A stretch of 64,000 bases of DNA from Cyanophora paradoxa CCMP329 (lineage: Eukaryota; Plantae; Glaucophyta): positions 124,001-188,000 of the forward strand of contig QPMI01000615.1 in assembly GCA_004431415.1 (NCBI GenBank). The letters are read 5' to 3'. Below, piece by piece: positions 37,301 to 47,951 of this stretch. The notes below the pieces were generated by a model that had not been told where the DNA came from, did not search any database, and saw nothing but the letters and a program-made list of their open reading frames with translations. Made by a program: the position numbers and the translations under genes. Numbering within the stretch: position 1 is the first letter of the stretch; each line of letters opens with the position of its first letter.

Positions 37301-40300
37301 TGAGGTACCGGTACCGGTACTGGTGCCGTCGGCCGTACACGGATACGTATGATCATGATCATGAGCTGCAGCCTTTGCCAGCAGCTGATTGCAATTGCTG
37401 CTGACGCCTTCTCCGTGTTTCAATTCGCGATCGCGCGGCTCCGCATCCTGCGCACCGTTAGAGAGATCGAATTTGAAACCTTTATTAAATTTCGAGAATT
37501 GCAAGCAAAGAAACAGCAAATCTCAAGGCAGCTGTAGAATGGTGAGTTCGATGCTCACCTTGCGCGTTAGGCTGCGCATGCGCCTTGCTCGCTTCGGAAT
37601 GGCCATGGCCCCGCGATCCCTGAGGAAGCGCCGGACGGCGTCGCGCTGCTCCTCCAGCGAGCCGGCTCCTGCCACGTACTCCGCCAGCTTCCCCTCCCGC
37701 AGGTCCACGAAGAACGTCTCGTTGGCGTAATCTGCGGGACGATCGATATATATTAATATCAGGATCCCGTCTGTCCGAGAACATCACGCAAAATTACTAT
37801 TTTCAAGTTCAACAGCTGCCGTGCGCACCCTCACGAGGGAAGTTCAGCTGTGAATCAGGAACACGCTGCTTCATGGGCCAATCAGAGCGCTCGTCCAGCC
37901 ACTGGCAGGTAATGATTACTCGGTCTCGTGTCCGGACTGCCTCCTGATCACGAGAGAAATTAAAATATTATTGATAAGAACAGGTTCTAGATATGGATCG
38001 GAACATGTTGGAACCATCCGTGTTTGTAGATTAGGACACGAGAAGACACGATTGCGCCACTTAAATTCCCCAGAAAATTTTACTTCGGTTTTCAGCCGAA
38101 CTTGGTAGACACCGTTAGAGCTCGAGCATGGAGGTGGGAGCGAAGAAACAGAACTAGTGATGCTTGAGAGTCCTGATTTCGCGGGTTTCTGGTTGTGGAT
38201 TGACGAGGTGAAGTGAGTGATTGATCATGAAGAGATTTGCTGATAAGGAATATTTATTGTCAGAGCACCGGTGCAGGGAAAAGTTCGTCCGCGACAAACG
38301 CGACAGTACGCCTCACGGCCTCCGTGTGCACACGCTCGTGACCAGTTGCAGCCAGCTTGCTCGGATCGCGGTTGCCCACCGGCGGCCGCTGCTCCTCGGG
38401 CCCCACAGGTGGAAGGGGGGGTCCGTTCTGGCGGACGGAACGGAGAGCAGAAAAAGTTTTCTGCCTCTGTTCCGGCTGTCGGAACGGCCGATTCCGCTTT
38501 CTGACACATGAGCACATCTGCCATAATTTTGTCATCATTCGCCAGAATTCGTGTCGGAACCAAAATTCCGCCGCAGAAACGCTGCAAAAATGTGTTCTAC
38601 CACGTCAGAACCGCGGCGGAATCCGAACGGTTCTGACACTTGTTCGGCCCTGCCCCGCCCCCCCCGCCGCCCCGCCCGCCGCCGCGGCCGGGCCCTGCGC
38701 TCAGCTGCATATATATGTACGTGAATATTTACAGCGTCAGCTAGCTACTGCTAGCTGGCTAGCTACTGCTGACTGGCTAGCTAGCTACTGCTAGCTGGCT
38801 AGCTAGCACTAGCAGCTGCTGTGCTAGCAGCTGGGCGGGGCGGGGCGGGGCGGGGCGGGGCGGGGCGGGGCAACCGCGGGGCGGGGCGGGCGGGGCGGGG
38901 CGGGGCGGGGCGGGGCGGGGCGGGGCGGGGCGGCCGCGGGCGGGGCGGGGCGGGGCGGCCGCGGGGCGGGCGGGCGGGGCAGCCGCGGGGCGGGCAGCCG
39001 CGGGGCGGGGCGGCCGCGGGGCGGGGCGGCCCGCCCCGGGGAGCAGGCCGGCGCCTGATTGTGCCTGATGGTGGAGTGAGCCTCAGCAAAAACAATCTCA
39101 GGGGCGCGCGCGCGCGCAAGGAATCTATAGATCTATCTAGACAGCACAGCCTTGCACTGGCAGCGGCACCTGAGAGACGCCGCCAGGGCTGGGGCCCCGC
39201 TGTCTAGCTCTCGAGGGCGTCGGGCAGGAGAGAGACTCGCGAACCTTGCTTGCAGGTGCGAACTTGGCCTCTGACCGTCGCCGACGCTCCCCAGCTCAAG
39301 ACGTCTGCGCTCGATCGGGTCAGCTCTATTGCATAGAAATAATATATATAGGGCGGCTAGAAGACAGCGGGACAAGGCACCAGCGGCGGCACCTGAGGGC
39401 CGTCGCCGGGGCTGCAGCCCCGCCATCTAGCTCTAGCGGGCGTCACTTGGCGTCTAGCTTTAGAGGGGAGGGGGAGGGCGCTGAAGGGCTGCGAGGCGCG
39501 CACCAAGCGAAGGGAGGGCCGCCGCAGCTTCACGGCCGCCTCCGCCGCGCAGGCGCCGTGATTCGGGGCTCCTGCGCTCCCCCCGTCGCGCGGCGCGCGG
39601 CGCTGAAGGGCGGCGAGGCGCGCACCAAGCGGGCAAAGGGCCGCCGTCGCTTCTCGGACGCTTTCGCCGTGCAGGCTCCGCGATCCGGACATCCTGCGCA
39701 CGCCGCAAGTCAGCTAAGGCGGGGAGAGCAGCGGTGGCAGCATGAGAGGGCGGGCTTGAGCGAGGAGTGCGCACCGGTGAAGTAGATCGTGAACGTGAGG
39801 CGACGAGCCGCAGCTTCGAGAGACGAGTTAGTACTGAATTGGGCAGCCAGTAGCCCAGCGCTCGGGCTGCGAGAGGTCGAGGCAAAGCGCGGGGCGTAGC
39901 GCCGAGGAGCGAGAAGCTCATAGCAAGCATGAAGAGCGCCGCGGCTGCTTCCGGGCCGCCTTCACCTGACGAGAAGCCGAGAAGTCTGACGAGCAGCCAA
40001 GCGCAAGTCAGCCGGCACAACGATCCAGGCGCAGCGAAGCTCCAGATCGATGCTTTGACGTTGCAGAAGCGCAACTAGCGTGTTAAAACAACTCTGGGCG
40101 CACTGCTTCAGGCCTTAGTGTGGAAGAGCCAAGTGCGTAGGATCTTCTGCTGGCTTCCCCGGAGAACAGAACTGGTGCGCAGAACGTGAATGAGAGCTCT
40201 CATGCGTACTCTAGACGGAAGGTCTTGCGGCACCGAGGCGTGCGAACCTGGAGGTCGGTGACCTCGCGGAAACAGCGCCGATCGGAGCGCCCGCCATGCC

Positions 40301-43300
40301 AACGAGTTGTCTCTACGCTCTAGAGGCCGCGGATAGCCGCTGATTAGCGCGCGGCGCGCTGGCTCGCTCGCTCGCAGGTGGCAGTTTGCTGCTTCAGTCT
40401 TGTACCCCCCAGGGTCCCCATACCCCTGGCCAGCGGTCCGCAGCGGAAAGCACCCCAGTACTGTACTAGTCTCGCGCTGCCGCGCTGCCGCAGCGTGCTG
40501 CCGCACTGCCGCAGCGTGCTGCCGCGCGCGCCGCGGCGCCGGCCCGGCCGAGGCGACTTTAGCTGCTGGGCTTCCCCGAGGCTCTAGCCGCGTGCAGTCG
40601 CATGTTTTCCTTCTTTAGGACGTATGTGCGCCCTCAGGACGCGCCCCGCTCAGAGCTCCACCCGCGGCACGCGGCGAAGTACGCCTAGGTGCCCTCCGGT
40701 TATCACGGCGTACCGCCGCGGCGGTCGGGCCGCAGGCCTTTCTCAGGCCTCAGACGGAAGGTAAACCCGCACTAGCACCGGTTTTTCACTCAAGCGTAGT
40801 GGGCCGGGCCCGCGCGCGCGCGCGGGAGGCCTGCGGCTCGAGCATGCCCCGCCTGGCTCATGATCAAAGACGCAGTACTCCCAGCGACTTCCCGCTTTGG
40901 GATCAAGATGTACGTGGTCTAAATACTTCATTTGTATTCAAATACCAAGCTTCGCCGAACGTTCCGGACAATGAGCAGCGCTGATCGATGTTGAAGTAGA
41001 ATTGATGATGAACTTAGAGAAGTCAGGTCTAGTACTTTGGTCTAAAGACTCATGATAACGTGCATCGTCCGGAACGTTCGCGCTCGCCGCGAAAATCGGT
41101 GCACACACTCTTAAGATATAATTCTTTAATAATCTCACTCATTATATCGAAATGAAGCTCTGCTGGCTCGCTCTGTCGTCGCGATCGATCGGCGTGACCA
41201 TGAACCAAGGGGCCCCGGCGAAGGCGCGGCACCCAGGCGCGCGGCACAGGCTCTGCTGGGGTCGGGAAAGCGACAAACGAAAGCTATTTGAGTGCTTCAA
41301 ATGCTATACAAGGCAGCAGGCGCCGGTCGGGCCGGGCCGGCAGGGGTGGGGCCCCTCAAACGCCCGCCCCCTGCCACCCGCCCCTGCCGCCCCTGCGCCG
41401 GCGCCCCGCGAGCCGACGGCTGCCCGCGCGCCGGCGCCCCGCGAGCCGATGGCTGCCCGCCGGCGAGCCCGCCCGCCCGGAGCCGGCGAGCCCGCCGAGC
41501 TCCCCCCCTGTCCGGCGAGCCGCGCCACCGCCCGACGCGCCCCGCCGGGCCGGCCTCTGCCGCGCCGGTCCCCGTCCGGCGAGCCGGCGCCGCGCCGCTG
41601 CCCGCCGAGCCTCCGCCCGTCCAATGAGCCACGCCGCCGCCCGCCGCGCCCCCGCCGGGCCCGTGCGGCGGGTCGCGCCGCCGCCCGCTGCGCACCCGCC
41701 GCGCACCCGCCGGGCCCGTCCGGCGAGCCGCGCCGCCGCCCGCCGCGCCTCCGCCCGCCCGACGAGCCGCGCCGCCGCCCGCCGCGCCCCTGCCGGGCCC
41801 CGCCCGACGAGCCGCGCCGCCGCCCGCCGCGCCCCTGCCGGGCCCGCCCGACGAGCCGCGCTGCTGCCCGCCGCGCCTCCGCCCCGCCCGCGGGCCGACG
41901 AGCCACGCCGCCGCCCGCCGCGCCCCGCCGGGCCCCGTCCGGCGAGCCGCGCCGTCGCCCGCCGCGCCCCTGCCGGGCCCGCCCGACGAGCCGCGCCGCC
42001 GCCCGCCGCGCCCCCGCCGGGCCCCGTCCGGCGAGCCGCGCCGCCGCCCGCCGCGCCCCCGCCGGGCCCCGTCCGGCGAGCCGCGCCGCCGCCCGCCGCG
42101 CCCCTGCCGGGCCCGTCCGGCGAGCCGCGCCGCCGCCGCGCGCCCCCGCCGGGCCCGTCCGGCGAGCCGCGCCGCCGCCCGCCGCGCCCCCGCCGGGCCC
42201 CGTCCGGCGAGCCGCGCCGCCGCCCGCCGCGCCCCCGCCGGGCCCGTCCGGCGAGCCGCGCCGCCGCCCGCCGCGCCCCCGTCGGGCCCCGTCCGGCGAG
42301 CCGCGCCGCCGCCCACCGCGCCCCGCCGGGCCCCGTCCGGCGAGCCGCGCCGCCGCCGCCGCGCCCCCGCCGGGCCCCGTCCGGCGAGCCGCGCCGCCGC
42401 CCGCCGCGCCTCCGCCCCGCCCGACGAGCCGCGCCGCCGCCCGCCGCGCCCCCGTCGGGCCCCGTCTAATCAGCCGCGCCGCCGCCCGCCGCGCACCCGC
42501 CGGGCCCGTCCAGTGAGCAACGCCGCCGCCCGCCGCGCCTCCGCCCCGCCCGACGAGAAGCGCCGCCGCCCGCCGCGCCCCGCCGGGCCCCGTCCGGCGA
42601 GCCGCGCCGCCGCCCGCCGCGCCTCCGCCCCGCCCGACGAGCCGCGCCGCCGCCCGCCGCGCCCCGTCGGGCCCCGTCTAATCAGCCGCGCCGCCGCCCG
42701 CCGCGCACCCGCCGGGCCCGTCCAGTGAGCAACGCCGCCGCCCGCCGCGCCTCCGCCCCGCCCGACGAGAAGCGCCGCCGCCCGCCGCGCCCCCGCCGGG
42801 CCCCGAAGGCCGAGGGCGGAGGACGGAGGGCGGGGGAGGAGGTTCTTCCGCCTTATCGGCGATCTGAAAAGGGCGCGTAAGCTGTGGGCGGGGCGCGGCG
42901 GGTGAAGGGAAGCACACGCGCTCGCCTCGCGGTCGACGAGGTGGACGAGGTGCACGTGGACGACGCCGGCGCGGCGGGGAGCTCTCGGCGGGGCGCACGC
43001 GTTCCCGGCAGCGACGAGGCGTCTACCGCGACACGATGCGAGGCGGCCGCAGGTGACGCGCCCGCCAGCCTCGGCCTCGCCGCCGCCCGGCCTGAGGCGA
43101 ACGACTTGCTAGCTTGCTGCTGGGGCTGAGCATCGGTGTCCGGTCCGACTTCTTGGCCAGTTCAGGGGGAAGAGGGGGGGAAGATCCCGCCCCCGTACGT
43201 GTGCTCGCCAACCATCCTGCAGCATGCACGAGAGCACATCGTCTCGCGTCGCACCTTAGCATAGACAGCGCGCAAACCTCCAGCATCATCATTTGGAGCC

Positions 43301-46271
43301 AGCTTGTGCCCCCGGGCGACGCCTGCGAGCGGCGCGGGATCACCCTTGCTCGTGGCGCAAGAACGCAGGCCAGTGCACGCGGAACCATCGCGGATCGCTC
43401 ATAGCTAACGTTTGGAGCGCAGAAGACCGCCGCACCCAGCCGGCAGGTCGCGGCCTGTCGGTTCTAGGTCGAGCGCGGTGCTAGGGGCTCGCAGCTTCAG
43501 CCTATGTACGTCCAGTATGTGCTCACAAGTACAATGAGTGGTTCCGGAACGTTTGGCGTCGTGTGCCGAGCGCAGATCGCTTAGCTATGGCCCTGCAGCC
43601 CTGCATCCCTCATCTAGATCTGCCCGAACTCCCCGGGTCCTAGCGCGCGGTTCCGGCGGGCAGTTCTGGCGGAGCGAACCGCACTCTTCGGACGCTCTTC
43701 CGTCCTGGCACGTCAGAACCTAGATCTCGGATGCCCCGGAACAGAAGATTCGGGCACTTAGCTGTGATCTGCCCTAATCGATTTCGGACTGTCCGAAGTT
43801 TTCGTTCTGCACGTCGGAACAGAGGCAGAAAACTGATTCTGCTCTCCGTTCCGTCCGCCAGAACGGACCCCCCCTTCCACCTGTGCCCGTCGAAGAGCTT
43901 GCGGTACCACCCCTCCGACGCGTATTCTGGAGGGGACCGGAGCTTGCATTAGAAACTTGAGACCAATACGTATACTCACTTCAACTTGGGCATTGAATTC
44001 AATTTATATAATTATCTATATTATTGATATTCCTCGAGAGGCGTCTCGGCGTCGATTATTGACAGATCTTGATCTAGATCGATGTTTGTTTATATGTACA
44101 TGTACATGATTCATGCGCGCGTGTGCACAAATATCACGTGTACAGCTGCAGGCTAGGTGCGCATGCTACAGATACAGATGCCGCACCCTCGATAGGAAAG
44201 TGGATCTTCATGCCGTAGCGGTTCTCGCCATCGGGGCCGAACCACGCCACGCGGCAGCGATCGACAAACCGCAGCGCCTCGTCCACCGACGCGAGCGGTG
44301 GAGAGACGACCTGCAGCGTCGCGATCGAAACTTCACTGTGTGCATATGCATTTGCACGCAGCCGAGTTAAAGCTTTGCACCTTCTCGCTCTCGAGGAAGA
44401 AGGCAGCATAGTAGCCGCCATCGAGCTTGAACACGTCCTCCACGATCATCTGCACGCAGAAGCGATATCGATGTCAGTGAACTTGCTTCAATTAATGCTC
44501 TGCGATACGCAATTGCAAGATATTCCGGATCTCCACCTGGCCGCTCTTGTGCAGCTCTCTCCAGCGTGTTTTGGTAGCCGCTGCGATGAAGTCAAAAAAA
44601 ATCGGTTTATGAATGTATAATTAGATCTAGAGACTAGATCTAGACGTCTTTACCCGCACCTGCCTCGTCGCCATTGTCTGTGCGCTCCTCATCATCTTCT
44701 TCGCTTTCACTTTGATTTGACTCTTTCTCCTCGGAATCAGACGCGGATTCTTTCTTGATACGTTTACTGTTAGCGTTGGTCGGCGTCGCAATATTAATGA
44801 CGCTTGCATTCGAATTCTGCTTGTCGCGGTGAAAGAAAAATATACATCAATTGCAAACGAGTGTGCTGGCTATATATCTAGAGTATAATCGCACCGGATC
44901 ATGATCACGATCGTGAAGCAGGGAGACTCCAGATCCGGGTGCTGCTGAACTCGAGCTTGGAAGGGCTCGTGGAAGTTCCGTCGACGTCGTCGAGTCGTCT
45001 GGCGGGACGGACGCCGACTGCATACATGCACAGGAATCATGTGCATGATCAGCTCTATCTCATAGTTTTAATAACGGTTCAAATAAGATAAACAACGTTA
45101 TATTATATTAATTACTAATATATCTTGTCTTAGAAGGTCAATGAAAGAGAATTTTGAAATTGCCCACCTTCGTACACGTATTCGCAATGCAGCGGGGTAC
45201 TACTGGGGGGCAATCGTAACCGCCGTGCTGCTCGAGAAAGGTGCGCACGCGGTCGCGGTGATCCTCTCGCTGTGCTCCGCACGGGGGAAGCTCGAGCTCG
45301 CCGCGCTGCAGGGCGGCGAAGAACTTCTCCCCCTCGTAGTCTGAGAGTTTAATTGTGAGCGCATGCAATTGCAAGCTCGACCCTGAGGTCTGCAGGATTG
45401 CACAGCTCTATAGCTAGAATCGAGCGAGACAAATAGGGCACCCGAGCGGGGGCGGTTCAAGATGTCGCCCCGCAGGCGAGGCTCCCATCCGGTCTTCTCG
45501 TCAATGAAGTCGCAGATGATTGCGAGGCGGTCCCGAATTCGAACGGCTTCCTGTATTTGAAAATCAGAAAGATGAAACTCGTTTTTGAGCTCGAATTCAA
45601 TCTTGCCTCCCTCCTTGGAAGGCAGATCGTCGAGACCTGCGTGATCGAATGAGAACGAGCAAATTTAAACGATCAATTTGCAATTGCAAGCTCGATGACG
45701 TAAAAGTAATTCGTGAATTCAAGAAATTAACCGAATTTAGACGGCTGGCGCACCTCGCGCCCGTGCCAGGTGAATCGTCCTTGCTGTCCTTTTTGGCGAT
45801 TCACGATCCCGAGCTCCTGACCCGGTCTCCGGTACACGCTTGAGGCTGCATTTGTCCGCGAGCTGTCTTCTGGCGTCGACGTCGTACTGCATGTGCGCAG
45901 GATCGGAGGTTCCGTCGGCTTTTCCAAGCCACGGCCGGATCCGAATACTGACGTCGAAGTCGACCCGCTGACGTCAGCACTGCAGCTGGCCGAGCCTGCC
46001 ACCTCAAATTGTGGCGAGGGCATCTACGAGGAAACAGCGTTATAATCAGCCGACTCGAGCTCAAGATCCGCAGTCTGCAGCAGGATTTTAAGCGATTGCC
46101 CCTCATGATCACAATTGTGCAATATTTATTATATTGGATGCGCAATTGCAAGGGCAATCATGAGACTTTACGAACCAGGTTAAGAGAGGCGGCATCTGTG
46201 GGTTGAGACAAATCTACAGGCGCGGCCGTCCTATAGCTAGGCTCACCTCCAGATCCAGTGCCAGATTCCAT
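34397..46271 (-). CDS. Multi-module AP2-like protein, paralog 1 (5 AP2-like modules), interrupted in an exon by a transposon; 5' end uncertain
   Basis: Modules include NGVYQVRLKTEVKFSGEFKWRNRVFSCPNLQTRM|EAVRTRDRVIITCQWLD...QLNFP and SPPLASVDEALRFVDRCRVAWFGPDG...IHFP. The exons flanking 38270-38185 splice in frame (ADELFPAP|KPAKSG), which joins the two halves into one gene. Confidence 0.6.
38833..39040 (+). repeat. (GGGGC)n microsatellite inside the transposon, preceded by a GCTA-rich repeat (38740-38830)
   Basis: Directly visible. Confidence 0.9.
41570..42805. repeat. GC-rich ~45-bp minisatellite with a ~211-bp higher-order repeat, inside the transposon
   Basis: Unit GCCGGGCCCCGTCCGGCGAGCCGCGCCGCCGCCCGCCGCGCCCCC. 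The variant block CCGTCTAATCAG...CAGTGAGCAAC occurs at ~42462 and ~42674. Confidence 0.9.
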
Positions 46272-47441
46272 CTGCGACGTGCAGTCACTGCATGAGCCCG
46301 CGCTGCTTAATTTACATAATTATATATAATGAAGATGCTCTTATTGGGGCAGGGTTCGACGCTAGATAAAATATCTGCGGATATCTAGAACTGCGAAAAG
46401 GGGGAGGAACCGGGAAGAAGGAGGCCTAGGAGGGGGAAGAGGGCCGGGGGGGGGGGGGGGGCCGGGGGGTGTTGAGGTGATCACGATATCGATCAGCACG
46501 TGGAAACGGCTGTGGCGGTGGCGAATTCGAAGGCCCGGGCAAGCATATGCATCCGGGATCCGGTCGCGGGGCGCCGGCGCTCATATGCATGCATATGGCC
46601 ATGGGGCCGGGGCGCTAGTGGCCGCGGGCATGCGCAGCTGCAGGGCTCCCGCGGCCGGCCACGGGGGCACGTGCACCTATAGCTAGGCCTAGCTTTAATT
46701 TAGGCCTGCATACGCAACGCTAGGAGTGGGCGCCCGGCCGCAGGCAATTGCAAGTTCTAGATCTCGGCGAATCGATATCGCTGCGGCGGCCGCGGGGCCG
46801 GGCGCATGCGCACGCGCGCAGATGGACAAATCGCGATCATGACCATGATCATGATCGCTTGCAACTAACTAGAGCTATTGTCTGCAGCTGCGTCCGCCCC
46901 GGCGGGCACCCGGCCGGCGCCCGGCCCGCGGCCGCGCGCGCGTATCGATATCGCGCACCTTCGGATTCGCGAAGTGGGTGTACTGTCGAGCGCCTTCAGA
47001 TCAGTACTCTTGATCTGCGCCGATTGTCATCGTGGGCCGCGCCATGTGCATGCATATGGGTGCGATATCGATCAGTTTCGATATCGATTCGCACTAGTGT
47101 TAGGCGCGCGCGCAGCGGGCGCGCGGTCGCGCGCGCGCATGATTGCCGCTTGCGCACCGTGATTGCGGTTGTGGCGTGATTGCCGGGTCTCACGATCGTA
47201 TCGCCTCCGGTCCGGGGATCCGCCGCGCGCGCGCGCGGGCTCGATCGGGGACTACAAGTCGCGCGGAACTATCGATCGGGAACTACAGGCCGCGAAACTA
47301 CAGTCCGATATCGACGATCATGATCGATCGGGGAGAAAGAGCTGCATGCGCAGCTGCGCGCTGATACGTACGTATACCCCACTGCAACTCCGAAATCCTT
47401 GTACCCTTTGGATGCCCTTGCGATCGATTAAATATTTGCAA

Positions 47442-47645
47442 TTTTTTTTTTGGTGAATTACCGGCCACAGCCTCTAGTCTACTCCAGCACTGTGGGGGCG
47501 TGTACAGGCAAGGTGGGGCATGATCGATCGGAATTATGTGGAACGGGCGGGATTTGAAGGCGTGATTCTCATCGCAGGGCGATTCGAACACGGAAGGCAT
47601 GCATCGGAAAGCGTGTATGATAACCACACCGCTATGAGCGGGGGC
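47442..47645 (-). mobile_element. Candidate tRNA-derived SINE (~200 bp)
   Basis: On the minus strand: A-box-like TAGCGGTGTGG, B-box GTTCGAATC about 35 nt downstream, a 3' stem CCACAG...CTGTGG, then A10. No clean TSD, and the T-stem does not pair. Confidence 0.4.
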
Positions 47646-47951
47646 AAAATTGCACTCGATTGCACTAAATGAGATGTCGATCTAGACATTATTGTACATG
47701 CGGTTCGCGGCGCTAGAGCTAGCGTTAAGCCTTGCCAAGTTGAATTTCGAAGCGCTAGCCGGCGCCCAACTCTCTCAACACTAGTATTGACACACTGACA
47801 GGCCTAGGCCTGTATAGCTAGCTATAGGGCCCCCAAGCGGGCCGAACTTGAAAAGTCTGATAATGGGTAATTTTAAGGATAAGCTGCAGCCGTCTCCGTA
47901 CGCGTAGCAAGCCATCTTCGATGGGCAGAAGCAACGCAGCTCGAGCACTCA

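Larger units (their letters stand above)
38404..43885. mobile_element. Non-autonomous CACTA/CMC-like DNA transposon, 5482 bp, 71-bp TIRs, 3-bp TSD (CCC)
   Basis: TIRs at 38404-38474 and 43815-43885 (CACAGGTGGAAGGGGGGGTCCGTTCTGGCGG..., 2 mismatches). CCC flanks both ends. The empty site is visible in paralogous exons at ~35661 and ~50212. Subterminal CGGAAC/CAGAAC motifs occur in both orientations. No transposase recognised. Confidence 0.9.

Noticed and set aside
41152-42955. Long ORFs inside the transposon as a transposase or TnpA
   Set aside because: They are translations of the 45-bp GC minisatellite, with no DDE or other recognisable motif. A possible spliced start near 43400 could not be extended convincingly.
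43870-43885. Splicing of the transposon out of the AP2-like transcript using the CAG|GTGG donor in its TIR
   Set aside because: The nearest CAG acceptors in the other TIR leave 32, 65 or 71 extra nt, all out of frame. Not supportable without cDNA.
47560-47645. Functional tRNA gene
   Set aside because: The T-stem and anticodon stem do not pair; kept only as a SINE-like head.
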